Shown: positions 11,011 through 22,654 of the stretch, piece after piece
Numbering within the stretch: position 1 is the first letter of the stretch
How the letters are laid out: each line of letters begins with the position of its first letter
DNA from: Octopus bimaculoides
Lineage: Eukaryota
DNA: 33,979 nt
Reading direction: 5' to 3'
Assembly: GCF_001194135.2 (NCBI RefSeq)
Contig: NC_068999.1
Span: forward strand, 31,324,654 to 31,358,632
Made by a program: the position numbers and the translations under genes
The notes under the pieces: model-generated
What the model was told of the DNA's origin: nothing
Seen by the model: only the letters and a program-made list of their open reading frames with translations
Database searches by the model: none

Positions 11011-11284
11011 TGTAGTAGGTTAAAGTCAATAAAAATGGACTAACCTGTTTGTAACCCTTATATAAGCCATGTACTAATTCTGAAATAACCATAAATCAGA
11101 GAAGATTGTATAAGAGAAATATAGATATGGATTTTATTTAGAGTTTTCACAAAATATCGCCACATTTTCCAGATTGCTAAACACGTTTTTATGTTATAAT
11201 TACTGTGGGATTTCCAATATATTTTTGCTGACAAAATTAGGAAAGCAGAATCAATAATATATCAGGTAAAATGCCGAGTGGTAT

Positions 11285-11435
11285 AAAATTTCCTCCCTCT
11301 GCAGTTTGAATTCAAATTTCATTAAGATTGCTTTTGCCTTTCCTCTTTCTGGGATTGATAAAATAAAATACCAGTCAAATACTGAAGATGATATAATAGG
11401 TTCGATATAGTAGAGAACCAGTTAAATACTGGGGT
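11285..11435 (+). mobile_element. Fragment of SINE family E
   Basis: gaattcaaatttc...ttttgcctttcctctttctgggattgataaaataaaataccagt matches the reverse complement of 33735-33830. Confidence 0.6.
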
Positions 11436-11447
11436 AAATAAAATAAA

Positions 11448-14400
11448 TCATCATCATCATCATCATCGTTTAACGTCCGCTTTCCATGCTGGCATGGGTT
11501 CGACGGTTTGACTGAGGACTAGTGAGCCAGATGGCTGCACCAGGCTCAATCTGATCTGGCAAAGTTTCTACAGCTGGATGCCCTTCCTAATGCCAACCAC
11601 TCCAAAAGTGTAGTGAGTGCTTTTTACGTACCACCAGCATGAGGGCCAGTCAGGCGGTCTTGGCAACGACCTCACTCAAAAGGTGTTTTGACGTGCTACC
11701 TGCATGGGAGCCAGACCGGTAGCACTGGCAACGACCTCGCTCAAATGTTGTTTTTCACGTGCCACCAGCACGGTAAGGCGATCATGCTCAAATGGTGCAT
11801 TTCAAGTGTCACCGGCATGGGAGCCAATCCATAGCCCTGGCAACGATCATGCTCGGATATGGTTCTTTTAACATTCCACTGGGATGAGTGTCAATTAGGT
11901 GGTAATGTCATCAGCCACATCAGCGATTTTGATTTGTTTACACTTGCCTCAATAGGTCTTTGCAAGCAAAGTTTATTGTGTAATGAATGAGGGGTACTCA
12001 TAAGTGGGCCAGTTACACCCCACATTTGGATGTGCTTTTAGTGTTCCACTGGCACAAGTGCCAATCAGGCAGTACTGTCGTTGGCCACGTCAGCAATTTT
12101 GATTTTGATTTTGATTCCACCTTCCTCAATAGGTCTTCACAAGCAAGGTTTATTGTCCAATGAAAGGGGTATTCATAAATGAGCTGGTTACACCCACTGG
12201 CATAAGCCATGGGCTATGGTCTCACTTGGCTTGTCGGGTTTTTTCAAGCACAACATACCTTCAAAGGTCCCAGTCACTAGTCATTGCATCGGTAAGGTCT
12301 AATGTTCAAAGGTCGTTCTTCACCAACTCATCCCAGGTCTTCCTGGGCCTACCTCTTTCGCAGGTTCCCTCAACTGCTAGGGTGTGACACTTTTTCACAG
12401 CTGTCCTCATTCATTCGCAACACATGACCATACCAGCGCAGTCGTCTCTCTTGCACACCACATCTGATGGTTCTTAAATCCAACTTTTCTCTCAGGGCGC
12501 TTACACTCTGTTGTGTATGCACACTGACATTACACATCCAGCGGAGCGTACTGGCTTCATTCCTTGCAAGCTTACGCATGTCTTCAGCAGTCACGGCCCA
12601 TGTTTCACTGCCATGTNNNNNNNNNNNNNNNNNNNNNNNNNNNNNNNNNNNNNNNNNNNNNNNNNNNNNNNNNNNNNNNNNNNNNNNNNNNNNNNNNNNN
12701 NNNNNNNNNNNNNNNNNNNNNNNNNNNNNNNNNNNNNNNNNNNNNNNNNNNNNNNNNNNNNNNNNNNNNNNNNNNNNNNNNNNNNNNNNNNNNNNNNNNN
12801 NNNNNNNNNNNNNNNNNNNNNNNNNNNNNNNNNNNNNNNNNNNNNNNNNNNNNNNNNNNNNNNNNNNNNNNNNNNNNNNNNNNNNNNNNNNNNNNNNNNN
12901 NNNNNNNNNNNNNNNNNNNNNNNNNNNNNNNNNNNNNNNNNNNNNNNNNNNNNNNNNNNNNNNNNNNNNNNNNNNNNNNNNNNNNNNNNNNNNNNNNNNN
13001 NNNNNNNNNNNNNNNNNNNNNNNNNNNNNNNNNTTTACTACATACAAAAACTATCTTCCCAGTTAGCTTCCCTTTGATATTGCTGCACCTCTTATGTGTC
13101 CATAGCTTATACTGGGAACATCTTATGGAGTTTCTACATACACCTTTTCTACAGATTGAGCAGGGCCATCTATCTGAAGGGATTTGTGGTTTGCCTGCCT
13201 TCTTACTTATTAAGACTTTGGTTTTAGCTAGGTTGACTCTAAGGCCCTTCAATTCTAATCCTTGCTTCCATACCTGAAACTTCTCCTCTCGCTCTGATAG
13301 TGACTCAGCAATTAGTGCAAGGTCATCAGCATAGAGGAGCTCCTAGGGTTCTCCTGCCTTGAATTCCTCTGTTATTGCCTGGAGGACTATGATGAATAAG
13401 AGGGGGCCAAGGACTGATCTTTGGTGGACCCCTACCCCTACTAGGAATTCTTCACTGTACTTGTTGCTAACCCTCACCTTGCTGTCAGTATCCCTGTACA
13501 TGGCTTTCACAGCTCTCACTAACCATTTATCTATCCCTTGTTTCCTGATTGACCACCAGATAAAGGATCAGGAGACCCTGTCAAAGGCCTTCTCCATGTC
13601 AACGAAAGCCAGGTACAGAGGTTTATCTTTGGGTAACTATTTCTCTTGCAGCTGTCTTACCAGAAATATAGCATCAGTGGTGCTTTTCCCTGACACGAAC
13701 CCAAACTGCATCTCATCTAGACTGACTCTCTCCCTAATTGGTTGGGCTATGACCCTCTCCGTGACCTTCATTACCTGATCCAACAATTTGATACCTCTGC
13801 AATTATTTGTATCTAAAGCATCACCTTTACCTTTGTAGCAGTCATTGGGTATGACTCCTTCATGTATCACCTGATTAACTATACATGTGACTAGGCAATA
13901 GCCGACACCACCAGATATTTTGAGCATCTCTGTGGTGATTCCTGATGGGCTGGGGGCTTTCCCTGTCTTCATACTCTTAATTGCTTTATCTACCAAGGTA
14001 CTGTCAATTCAGATAGCTGATCCCTCTGTTGGGTCAACATTCGGCAGACTTCCTTTTTCCCATTCGTTCTCTTTATTGAGCAACCTTTCATAGTGGTGTC
14101 TCCAAACCTGTCTCTTTGAAGCCTCGTTTAATGGAAGTGAACCATCATCCATGCAGACACATTTTTCTCCCACAACATCATGATTCTCTCTCACACACTG
14201 TCTTGCAACACGAAATACCTCGAGTCTTTGGTACTAACGGTGTAGAACATTGGCAAATTTTTCTTATCTGCTTCCCCTCTGGATAAATAAACCTGTCTCC
14301 TAGCATCCCTTCTGGTAGTCTGATACAATTCCCTGCTACCACCGTTCATTGAGTCCTTCCAAGCCTGTTTCTTTTCTCTAATAGCCATGTCAACAACATT

Positions 14401-15181
14401 GTTCCACATTATTTTGGGTTGAGTGGGGACTTTGCACAATCCACAGATCTGGTCAGTGGCCCTCAGCAGGTTATCCCATAGAAACCTCCAGTTGTCTTCC
14501 ACATCGTGTGAAGCTATGTCCCCTTCTATTTCGTCAAAGGCTTCAAGTAATACGTCTCTAAACCTGTCCATTCGCAGGATCTTTAAGCTTCCAGACCCTT
14601 CTCCTCCATGCTGGTTGTCTTCTGGGCATCCATTTAGCCCTGATCCTGAAGTCGCTAACTACTAGTCTATGTTGTGGGGTACATTCTTCACCTGGGAAGG
14701 TTTTGGCATCTATAAACAGCCATCTTTCCCTTTTTCTGGTGTGGATGTAGTCAATTTGGCTAGTGTGTCGGCCAGAATGGTAGGTGAATATGTGACTGGC
14801 AGTTTCCTGAAGTTAGTATTGCAAACCATAAGATCATTTGCATCGCAGAACTCCAGCAGCCTGGTTCCCCCCTCATTACAGGAACCAAAACCGTAGCCTC
14901 CATGTACGCCATGGAAGCCTCCTGCATGTTGTCCAACATGTCCATTGAAGTCACCAGCTACAAAGAGTAGGTCCCTGTTATTCATCAATGCGGTAGCCTG
15001 CAAGAGGGTGTCATAAAATCGGTTTTTTTGTCCATCAGATAGCCGTTGCTGAGATAATGGTTGCTAACCCATGATGGAGCACTAATCTAATCTTAGGTAT
15101 TCTATCGCATACTCTGACTACCTCGATTACCTTATCAACCCATTTCTCTGTAAGAAGTAAACCCACACCGCGACCCTGTCA
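11448..15181 (-). mobile_element. RTE-clade non-LTR retrotransposon, 5'-truncated in the APE domain, decayed
   Basis: APE motifs FVAGDFNGHVG and LLEFCDANDLMVCNT. RT motifs RGIKLLDQVMK, QFGFVSGKSTTDAIF, AFVDMEKAFDRV and LLYADDL. C-terminal RRLRWYGHVLRM and GRPRKTW. Long 3'UTR and (GAT)n tail. Contains a gap at 12617-13033. Confidence 0.95.
12617..13033. other. Assembly gap (N run) inside the RTE element
   Basis: Run of N. Confidence 1.
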
Positions 15182-15750
15182 AAACCACTGACAAATGGTA
15201 TAAACACCATTCTGAAGCTGTGACTGAAGGAGAAAATGTATCTATTCTCTGGGACTTCCCCATGCATACCGACAAAACTATAAAAGCTAATAAACCGGAT
15301 ATTATTATAAAAGATCAGACAAAGAAGAAGTGCTTATTAATTGACATGAGTATTCCTTGCGATCATAATATAGCGGCGAAAGAATTTGACAAGATCAGTA
15401 AATATAAAGACTTGCTAATAGAAATTGAAAAAATGTGGCACCTCAAGGTGACTACCGTACCAGTGATTGTAGGATCTCTAGGAATGATAAAAAAAGGTAC
15501 TACAAGAAGTGTAAAAAATCATGTTAACTGAAACGACTCATATACTGAGAAGAGCATTATCGCTGTGAAAACAACATCCATTCATGAATTTATTTATTTA
15601 TTAATTTTAAAAAAAATACATATTTTACCTGTGAATTTGCGTGTGTAAACTGGGAATGCATACAATGAGCTTCTCTGCCCTAGGTGTACGGAAAACACTC
15701 GGCAAGAAATGGAAGAAAATTTGAAGAAAGAAGAAAAATAAAAGCAACAT
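15177..15750 (+). mobile_element. 3' fragment of an R4/Dong-like LINE (restriction-like endonuclease domain plus 3'UTR)
   Basis: KWYKHH...ILWDFPMHTDKTIKANKPDIIIKD...CLLIDMSIP...KISKYKDL...VPVIVGSLGMI is a PD-(D/E)xK-type RLE domain. The element ends at (AAT)n. Confidence 0.9.
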
Positions 15751-15939
15751 AATAATAATAACATTGAAAAATACCTTAGGAATGAGAACCCAGGTTCGAA
15801 ATTTTCACCAAGACACCTGATGAAGGATGGAGGGTATATCAGCTGAAACATGTTAACAACAAACAAGATGAGGACAAATATCCGTCTAATGTAAATAATG
15901 TAAATAATGTACATAATTCCTCATCTCTTAAATGTAGAA
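15750..15939 (+). mobile_element. SINE-G (AAT)n tract and hammerhead-like tail, copy 1
   Basis: aataataacattgaaaaataccttaggaatgagaacccaggttcgaaatttt...acacCTGATGAaggatgg...tcagctGAAAC...gatgagga...tcctcatc is homologous to 29830-30094 and to the reverse complement of 26761-26924. Confidence 0.85.
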
Positions 15940-16161
15940 ATGTATTTATGCAACAGTTTTCCAATTACTTTCCAAAGTAGACAATAATATTACTGTAATT
16001 TGGTCAGCTTCTAGGAACCATAGATATATGACATCAGATCCCTTTTATCAATAGCTTTGAAAATGAATTTAGTTTCTTTCACTTGGGTCAACTTCTAAAT
16101 TGCAGCAGCCCACCTTTATCCACATACCTCACTGCATAAAGCATGCATGTGTGTACGCGTG

Positions 16162-16192
<31 letters not shown>

Positions 16193-16729
16193 GTGATTGT
16201 TTCCAGATTCCTTAGAGACCACAATTTCAAAGACCTGGGTATAAATATGTACAAGCTGGAACCCAAAGAGAAAGTGATACAAATATAAATAATTCCAATC
16301 ATGTTGAAATTAATTTGATTCAACTGCACCTATTTTCAGCCCTCTCAGAGAAGGATTAAACATCACTATGTGGAATTATTGAATCAAAAGAGGTTGATCA
16401 AAGATTTCTCTTCCATTTGACTGAAATGCTATTAACCATTGACCAAAATCAATAAAGTAACTTTGATTTTGATGACCATCAGACCAGAGGAAATGACGTG
16501 AATTATTTATGAAAAATTTGATAAAACCAGAAGTTCTATTGACATTTTCTGAAGTGGTAAGATTGGTAGGGATAGAAGATTATTTAGAATCATTTTATCT
16601 TGACAAGAATTTCTCTAAAACAAATTGAATTTATATTTAAATAATTGGTTTTGATAATTCTAAATGGTTCTAGAATTAAAATATCAATGTCAAAATATTT
16701 CTGTCATTTTATTTCTTTCAGAATATCTC

Positions 16730-16960
16730 TGCTACAATATCTTCCATTCCAGAATACTTATCACAGTAGCTCTGCCACCATATCTCTGTCACAGTATCTC
16801 AGTTACTATCACAGCAATAAAATATGTCTTACAATATCTGTGACACAGTATCTTTATCATAGTATCTCTATCACAGTATTTCTGTCATAGTATCTCTTGT
16901 GCAGTATCTTTGTCACATTATCTATGTCACACTATCTCTGCCACTTATCTCTATCATACT
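16730..16960. repeat. Degenerate minisatellite, unit approximately cacagtatctctgt
   Basis: Repeated tatctctgtcacag, atcacagtatctc variants. Confidence 0.75.
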
Positions 16961-16966
16961 ACCTCT

Positions 16967-17294
16967 GTTTCGATTCCCAAACCGGGCATTGTGAGTGTTT
17001 ATTGAGCGAAAACACCTAAAGCTCCACGAGGCTCCGGCAGGGGATGGTGACGAAACCTGCTGTACTCTTTCACCACAACTTTCTCTCACTCTTTCTTCCT
17101 GTTTCTGCTGTGCCTGTAATTCAAAGGGTCAGCCTTGTCACACTGTCACGCTGAATATCCCCGAGAACTACGTTAAGGGTACACATGTCTGTGGAGTGAT
17201 CAGCCACTTGCACGTTAATTTCACGAGCAGGCTGTTCCGTTGATCAGATCGACTGGAACCCTCGTCGTCGTAAGCGACGGAGTGCCAACAACAA
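16967..17294 (+). mobile_element. SINE family C, 5'-truncated at the B-box
   Basis: Starts with B-box-like ttcgattccc, is richer in GC/CpG than its flanks, and ends with hairpin cgtcg-tcgtaag-cgacg and a (CAA)n tail. Single copy in the window. Confidence 0.6.
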
Positions 17295-17729
17295 ACTACC
17301 TCTGTTACAGAATCTTTTTCTCAATATTTATGTCACAGAATCTTCGTCACATGAGTTCTGTGAAAGTATCCCCCCGTCAAAGAATATACTTTTTTAAAAT
17401 TAAAATTCTGTTTTATTTTTCTCACAAAACTAGTTACTTCCGTTTGTACCAGAATATGCAACTGATATCAGCTGAGCTAATGTGTTAGTGCTTTCTATGA
17501 CTTCTGGTTTTAAATCCTGGCTTTTATATTTATCATTATGAAAGCCTAGACTTAAAAGTGACATTTGGACCATCAAAATGCCAAGCAATTACTTTATATT
17601 GGAAAAGAACTCCATCAAATTTTGAATTAAATTACTGGAATTATATGCTATTTTCTTAAGAATATGGATTAGGGAGTTTTGTTATAACCAGAGAATTGGT
17701 TATAGCCAATGAATTCACAAGAATGTGAA

Positions 17730-18245
17730 AAGAGAATACATCTCCACTTGGTGCAGCAGAGTTTTGAAATGAACTGCCAGGCTACATAAAACTTGAAATG
17801 AGAGGGATATGGAAAAGAGAATACACTGTTTGCAAAACAAAAGTTTGAATAAGTTCTGGAGGAATGATTCACAAATCTGACTTGGTTATTTGAACTTAGT
17901 CCAAACAAACACTCCCAGGACCAATGTAGAGATTGCTCAAAATGTCTACCATGAACAACCTACATTACAGGAAACAAGTTAATATAACAACAGTACTCTC
18001 TAATATTCACACAAATTACTGCCTGCTGGTGTGCAGAATTATGCTACATGTGCAGTATTGAAAGATGTTATTGCACAAAGACTGGTACTTTTAACACCTG
18101 TACACTCACTTCTGTGTCTGGTTTGATGCCAAATCCACACATTGAATGAAACTATCTGCACTTGGTTATAACCTTATTGAACAAACTTACAGAAGAACCA
18201 ATTGGCACCATCTCAGAAGATGGGATAGAAACATTTAAATAATGA
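17730..18245 (+). pseudogene. Heavily decayed transposase relic, Transib/Chapaev (RAG1-related)-like
   Basis: Ordered fragments across frames: LHLVQQSFE, YIKLEMRGIW, ITGNKL, YCTKT, MPNPH..YLH and EEPIGTISEDGIETFK. These resemble the Transib motifs LHAWIRxFE, NDGN, YCxETA, MPxxVHxxLxH and PIGxLSEEAQE. Matched by eye only. Confidence 0.4.
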
Positions 18246-18844
18246 ATATACAAGCACCTATTATCAGCCTCAACTTTGATAATGTAATGAACCAATAATT
18301 GACTAGTTTGACCCTGCTTTGTGGTGAATTGTACTATGAGGTTACTGCTCCTAAGTACAAGAAATAAAAATATATAACACCTATTGTAATTATAGATTTA
18401 TTTTGTATCTATTTGCCATCACTAGAGTGGTTGTGTGATGTCAAGGTGCCGAAAGAAATATTAAACTCTCAATGATCTGTATGTAATTAGAAATACATCA
18501 GAACATTGAAATTTACAAATGACTTAGCAGTTTTTCTATCTAAAGTAAGCAAGAAATAATTATTCCATTTACTAATCAATCAATCCTTAATAATCTCAGT
18601 CATGATGTTTCCTTAGTTAACCCCCACAGTTACATGATTGGCTCCATTTTGATGTGGCTTATAGGACCTTCAATTTAGAGGTGAAGAAAGTGGAAGGTTT
18701 CAATGTTCAAATTTCTCCTAAATTGTTGGTGGAGGTTAATAAGTTGAGTTGTCTTCAAATATAAGTTTGAACTGTTTTATATTCTGCCTTTACCAGGAGG
18801 ACACATTTTGTACTACAGTATTCAACTAGTGTTCATAATCATGC

Positions 18845-19255
18845 CATTATTATAGGGAGAATATTGTTGTTATGAAAATCATATAAATGGTATAGAGATA
18901 TTGATATAGATATCATTATTATGGAAGTACTATTGTTATTATGGAGATAGTATTATCGTTCTGGGTATGATATTGTTGACCTAGACATAATATTACTTTT
19001 ATAGCAATAATATTGCTGTCATGGAAATACTGAAGTTGTTATAGATATAATATTGCAGTTATAGAAATAATATTACTAAGGAGTTAATATTATTGCTATG
19101 GCAATAATATTATTATTATAGAGATAAAATTGTTGTTATAGGGATAATATGGCTGTTGTGGAAATAATAATGTTTTAATAGTTTTGTTATGTAGATGATA
19201 TTCTAGTTATAGATAAAAATTGTTTTTAGGGATATAATATTGTTAGGGCATATCA
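18845..19255 (+). repeat. Degenerate 20-bp tandem array, unit approximately atattgttgttatggagata
   Basis: Units such as atattgttgttatgaaaatc and tattgttattatggagatag recur with about 20-bp periodicity. Confidence 0.8.
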
Positions 19256-19336
19256 TTGATGAGGTCGCAAATGACAATGAAAGGGCCATGACAATCTTAA
19301 TTGACTGATTGATTGACTGATCAATCAATCAAACAA

Positions 19337-20648
19337 TCATCATCATCATTGTTGTTTAACGTTTGCTTTCCATGCTAGCATGGGTTGGACAATTTGACTG
19401 AGGACTGGCAAACCAGATGGCTGCACCAGGCTCCAATCTGATCTGGCAGAGTTTCTACATCTGGATGCCCTTCCTAATGCCAACCACTCTGAGAGTGTAG
19501 TGGGTGCTTTTACGTGTCACCAGCACGAGGGTCAGTCAGGCGGTACTGGCAACGGCCACGCTCAAATGGTGTTTTTTACATGCCACCTGCACAAGAGCCA
19601 GTCCAGTGGCACTGGCAACAACCTCACTCGAGTATTTCTTTGTGCCACCAGCACAAGTGCTAGTAAGGCAATGCAGGTAACCATCACGCTCAAATGGTGC
19701 TTTCACACGCCGCCGGTACAGGAGCCAAACAGCTGATCTGGCTATGATCATGCTTGGATGGTGCTGTTAGCGCTCCACTGGCACGGTTGCCAGTCATCGA
19801 ATTTGGTTCAATTTAGATTTCACTTGCCCCGACAGGTCTTCGCAAGCAGAGTTTGGTGTCCAATAAAGGAAAGGTTGGCATGAGTGCCAGTCGTCGAGTT
19901 TGGTTCGATTTTGATTTTGATTTTGACTTCACTTGCCTCAACAGGCCTTCTCAAGCAGAGCTTTAGTGTCCAATGAAGGAGAGGTACGCATAAGTGGGCT
20001 GGCTACTCCCCTGGCAAAGGCCACGCGTTATAGTCTCACTTGGCTTGCCAGGTCTTCTCACGCACAACATATTTCCAAAGGTCTTGGTCACTGGTCATTG
20101 CCTCGGTGAGGCCTAATGTTCGAAGGTCGTGCTTCACCACTTAATCCCAGGTAGCCCTTGTTGAGAGGCATAGGCTGAGATAATGGTTGCTAACTCATGA
20201 TGGAACACTAATCTAATCTTAAGTATTCTATCGCATACTCTGACTACCTCGATTACCTTATCAACCCATTTCTCTGCAAGAAGTATACCCACGCCCCCAA
20301 CCCTGTCAGTGTTCCCTGCCCAGAAAGTCTTGTACCTATGTTCTTTGCCTGTGAGGAACCTAGCGGAACCTTGGAGGCAGCACAAATCTACACGTCTCCA
20401 TTCAAGCATCTCAACAATCTCACCAGACCTACATTTCAGTGTTCCCACATTGAGTGTGCCAACTCTGAGGGTGTGGGAGGTGTGGGTCCGTGAGACTCTG
20501 GGATGGGGGACAGCAGCATCATGTACCTGAAAAGAAAGCTTGCATTTGGCAGAATTCATAAACAAACAATAGCCTTCAACCTGCATACACTACACCATCA
20601 TTTATATGCACTATATGATCACTACCTTACATTGGAGATAAACCCTAA
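19337..20648 (-). mobile_element. RTE derivative with large internal deletion (5' APE start fused to ORF end and 3'UTR)
   Basis: (CAT)n tail and 3'UTR as at 11448-12340, then a jump at 20148-52 to the APE N-terminus LRVGTLNVGTL...EKWVDKVIEVVRVCDR...ISAYASQQGLP. Confidence 0.9.
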
Positions 20649-20744
20649 TTGTCAAATACTAGGGTTGATATAATAAAATATACTACATCAAGATCTGTAA
20701 TTTTGTGATCAATGCTACAAATCCAATATTCAAATAAAAAATTA

Positions 20745-21188
20745 TGTGTTCTCTGCCCAGAAAATCTTGTGTTCTTTGCATGTGAGGAACCTAGTGGGAC
20801 CTCCTCTCCATCTTACTTCTTGGAGGCAGCAGATATCGACATATTTCTGTTCAAGCATCTCAACAATCTCGCCAGACCTACCTTTCAGTGTGTCGACGTT
20901 AAGAGTGCCAACCCTGAGGGTGTGGGAGGTAAGGGCCCGTGAGACCCTGGGGCGAGGAACAGCGGCGTCATGTACCTGAAAAGAAAGCTTGCATTTGGCA
21001 GAATTCATAAACAAACAATAGCCTTCAATTCAACCTGCATACACTACACTATCATATATTTGCACTATATGATCACTATGTTACATAGGAGATAAACCCT
21101 AAGTATAGGTGGGGGTGGCGTAAAGCCTTTAGAAGTGTTCATGGGAGACAACCAAAGGATAGGAGAGGATAGAAACTTCTGGTGCAGG
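20745..21188 (-). mobile_element. Second RTE 5' fragment (5'UTR and APE start), tandem to the previous copy
   Basis: LRVGTLNVDTLKGRSGEIVEMLE...LQEVRWRG. Colinear with 20320-20648 and runs into the gap. Confidence 0.9.
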
Positions 21189-21573
21189 NNNNNNNNNNNN
21201 NNNNNNNNNNNNNNNNNNNNNNNNNNNNNNNNNNNNNNNNNNNNNNNNNNNNNNNNNNNNNNNNNNNNNNNNNNNNNNNNNNNNNNNNNNNNNNNNNNNN
21301 NNNNNNNNNNNNNNNNNNNNNNNNNNNNNNNNNNNNNNNNNNNNNNNNNNNNNNNNNNNNNNNNNNNNNNNNNNNNNNNNNNNNNNNNNNNNNNNNNNNN
21401 NNNNNNNNNNNNNNNNNNNNNNNNNNNNNNNNNNNNNNNNNNNNNNNNNNNNNNNNNNNNNNNNNNNNNNNNNNNNNNNNNNNNNNNNNNNNNNNNNNNN
21501 NNNNNNNNNNNNNNNNNNNNNNNNNNNNNNNNNNNNNNNNNNNNNNNNNNNNNNNNNNNNNNNNNNNNNNNNN
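21189..21573. other. Assembly gap (N run) followed by (GA)n
   Basis: Run of N. Confidence 1.
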
Positions 21574-21634
<61 letters not shown>

Positions 21635-22094
21635 TAGAGAAGGGATAGTGGTCAGAACATGAGGGAGAAAAATATTCTTTTGGGATTTGTGTAGCATAAT
21701 TTAACGAGACAGCAAATGTTGATAATAGTAAAATAGAACTGAAAAATCTGAGAGGTTTTGGTCAGCCAATCTATGACAAAATTAGAGAAATAAGTGACGG
21801 TTTCATAAACTTGAATAAATGAATGAATGAATGAATGTAATGACATGGTAATGAAATAGACAGAATAGTGAAAAGAACTAAGTAAGTGGTTATGATCTGC
21901 TCATAAATAGAAGGGTATGAACGAGGTTGAAAAGACAAAGACCTCTTATCTGAGCATCTTCTGAGATTGGGATTTCTTCAGCTGATTAATTGGTTAAATA
22001 ATTAACCAATTGACAAATAAACAATAACGAAGTGAAATAGAACCTGTGCATGAGTTTATTGTTAGCAGAAGGACTCTCCTGAGATGCAACATAA

Positions 22095-22650
22095 ACATAA
22101 TACTTTTATTATAGAGATAATATTGTTGTTTTGAAGATAACAATTGTTATTTTGGTGGTTAAAAAATATTATAGAGGTGATGATGTTGGTATAGAGTTAA
22201 TGTTGTTATAGAGATAATATTTTCTTTATGGAGAAAATACTATTTTTATGGAGTAGTTACAACAGTTAAAGTGCTAGTAATGTTTTTATACATATAATAC
22301 ATTTTGTTATGGAGGTAATATTGTTATATAGATATAGTATTATTGTTACAGTGATAATATTGTTGTTATAGAAATAATAGAGTGGTTATGGTGATAATAT
22401 TTTTGTTATTGTCATAGTGTTATTGTTATACAGATACTATTGCTAAAGACATATTTTTTTTTGCTATAGAGATATGTTGTCTTGGAAATAATATTAGCTA
22501 TTATTAAAGAGATAATGTTTTGTTATGGAGATAATGTTGTTGCTACTAATATAATATTATCATTTTGGAGCTAATATTGTTGTTATGGAGATGATATTGC
22601 TGTTAGCTGTCATTATAGTGAAAACTTTCCAGCAATAGAGATATTACTAG
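22095..22650 (+). repeat. Second degenerate 20-bp tandem array, same unit and orientation as 18845-19255
   Basis: Units such as ataatattgttgttatagaa and aatattgttgttatggagat. Confidence 0.8.
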
Positions 22651-22654
22651 GTCT

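Noticed and set aside
11620-11890. Regularly spaced repeats resembling a CRISPR array
   Set aside because: They are degenerate tandem units without unique spacers, inside a eukaryotic LINE 3'UTR, with no cas genes.
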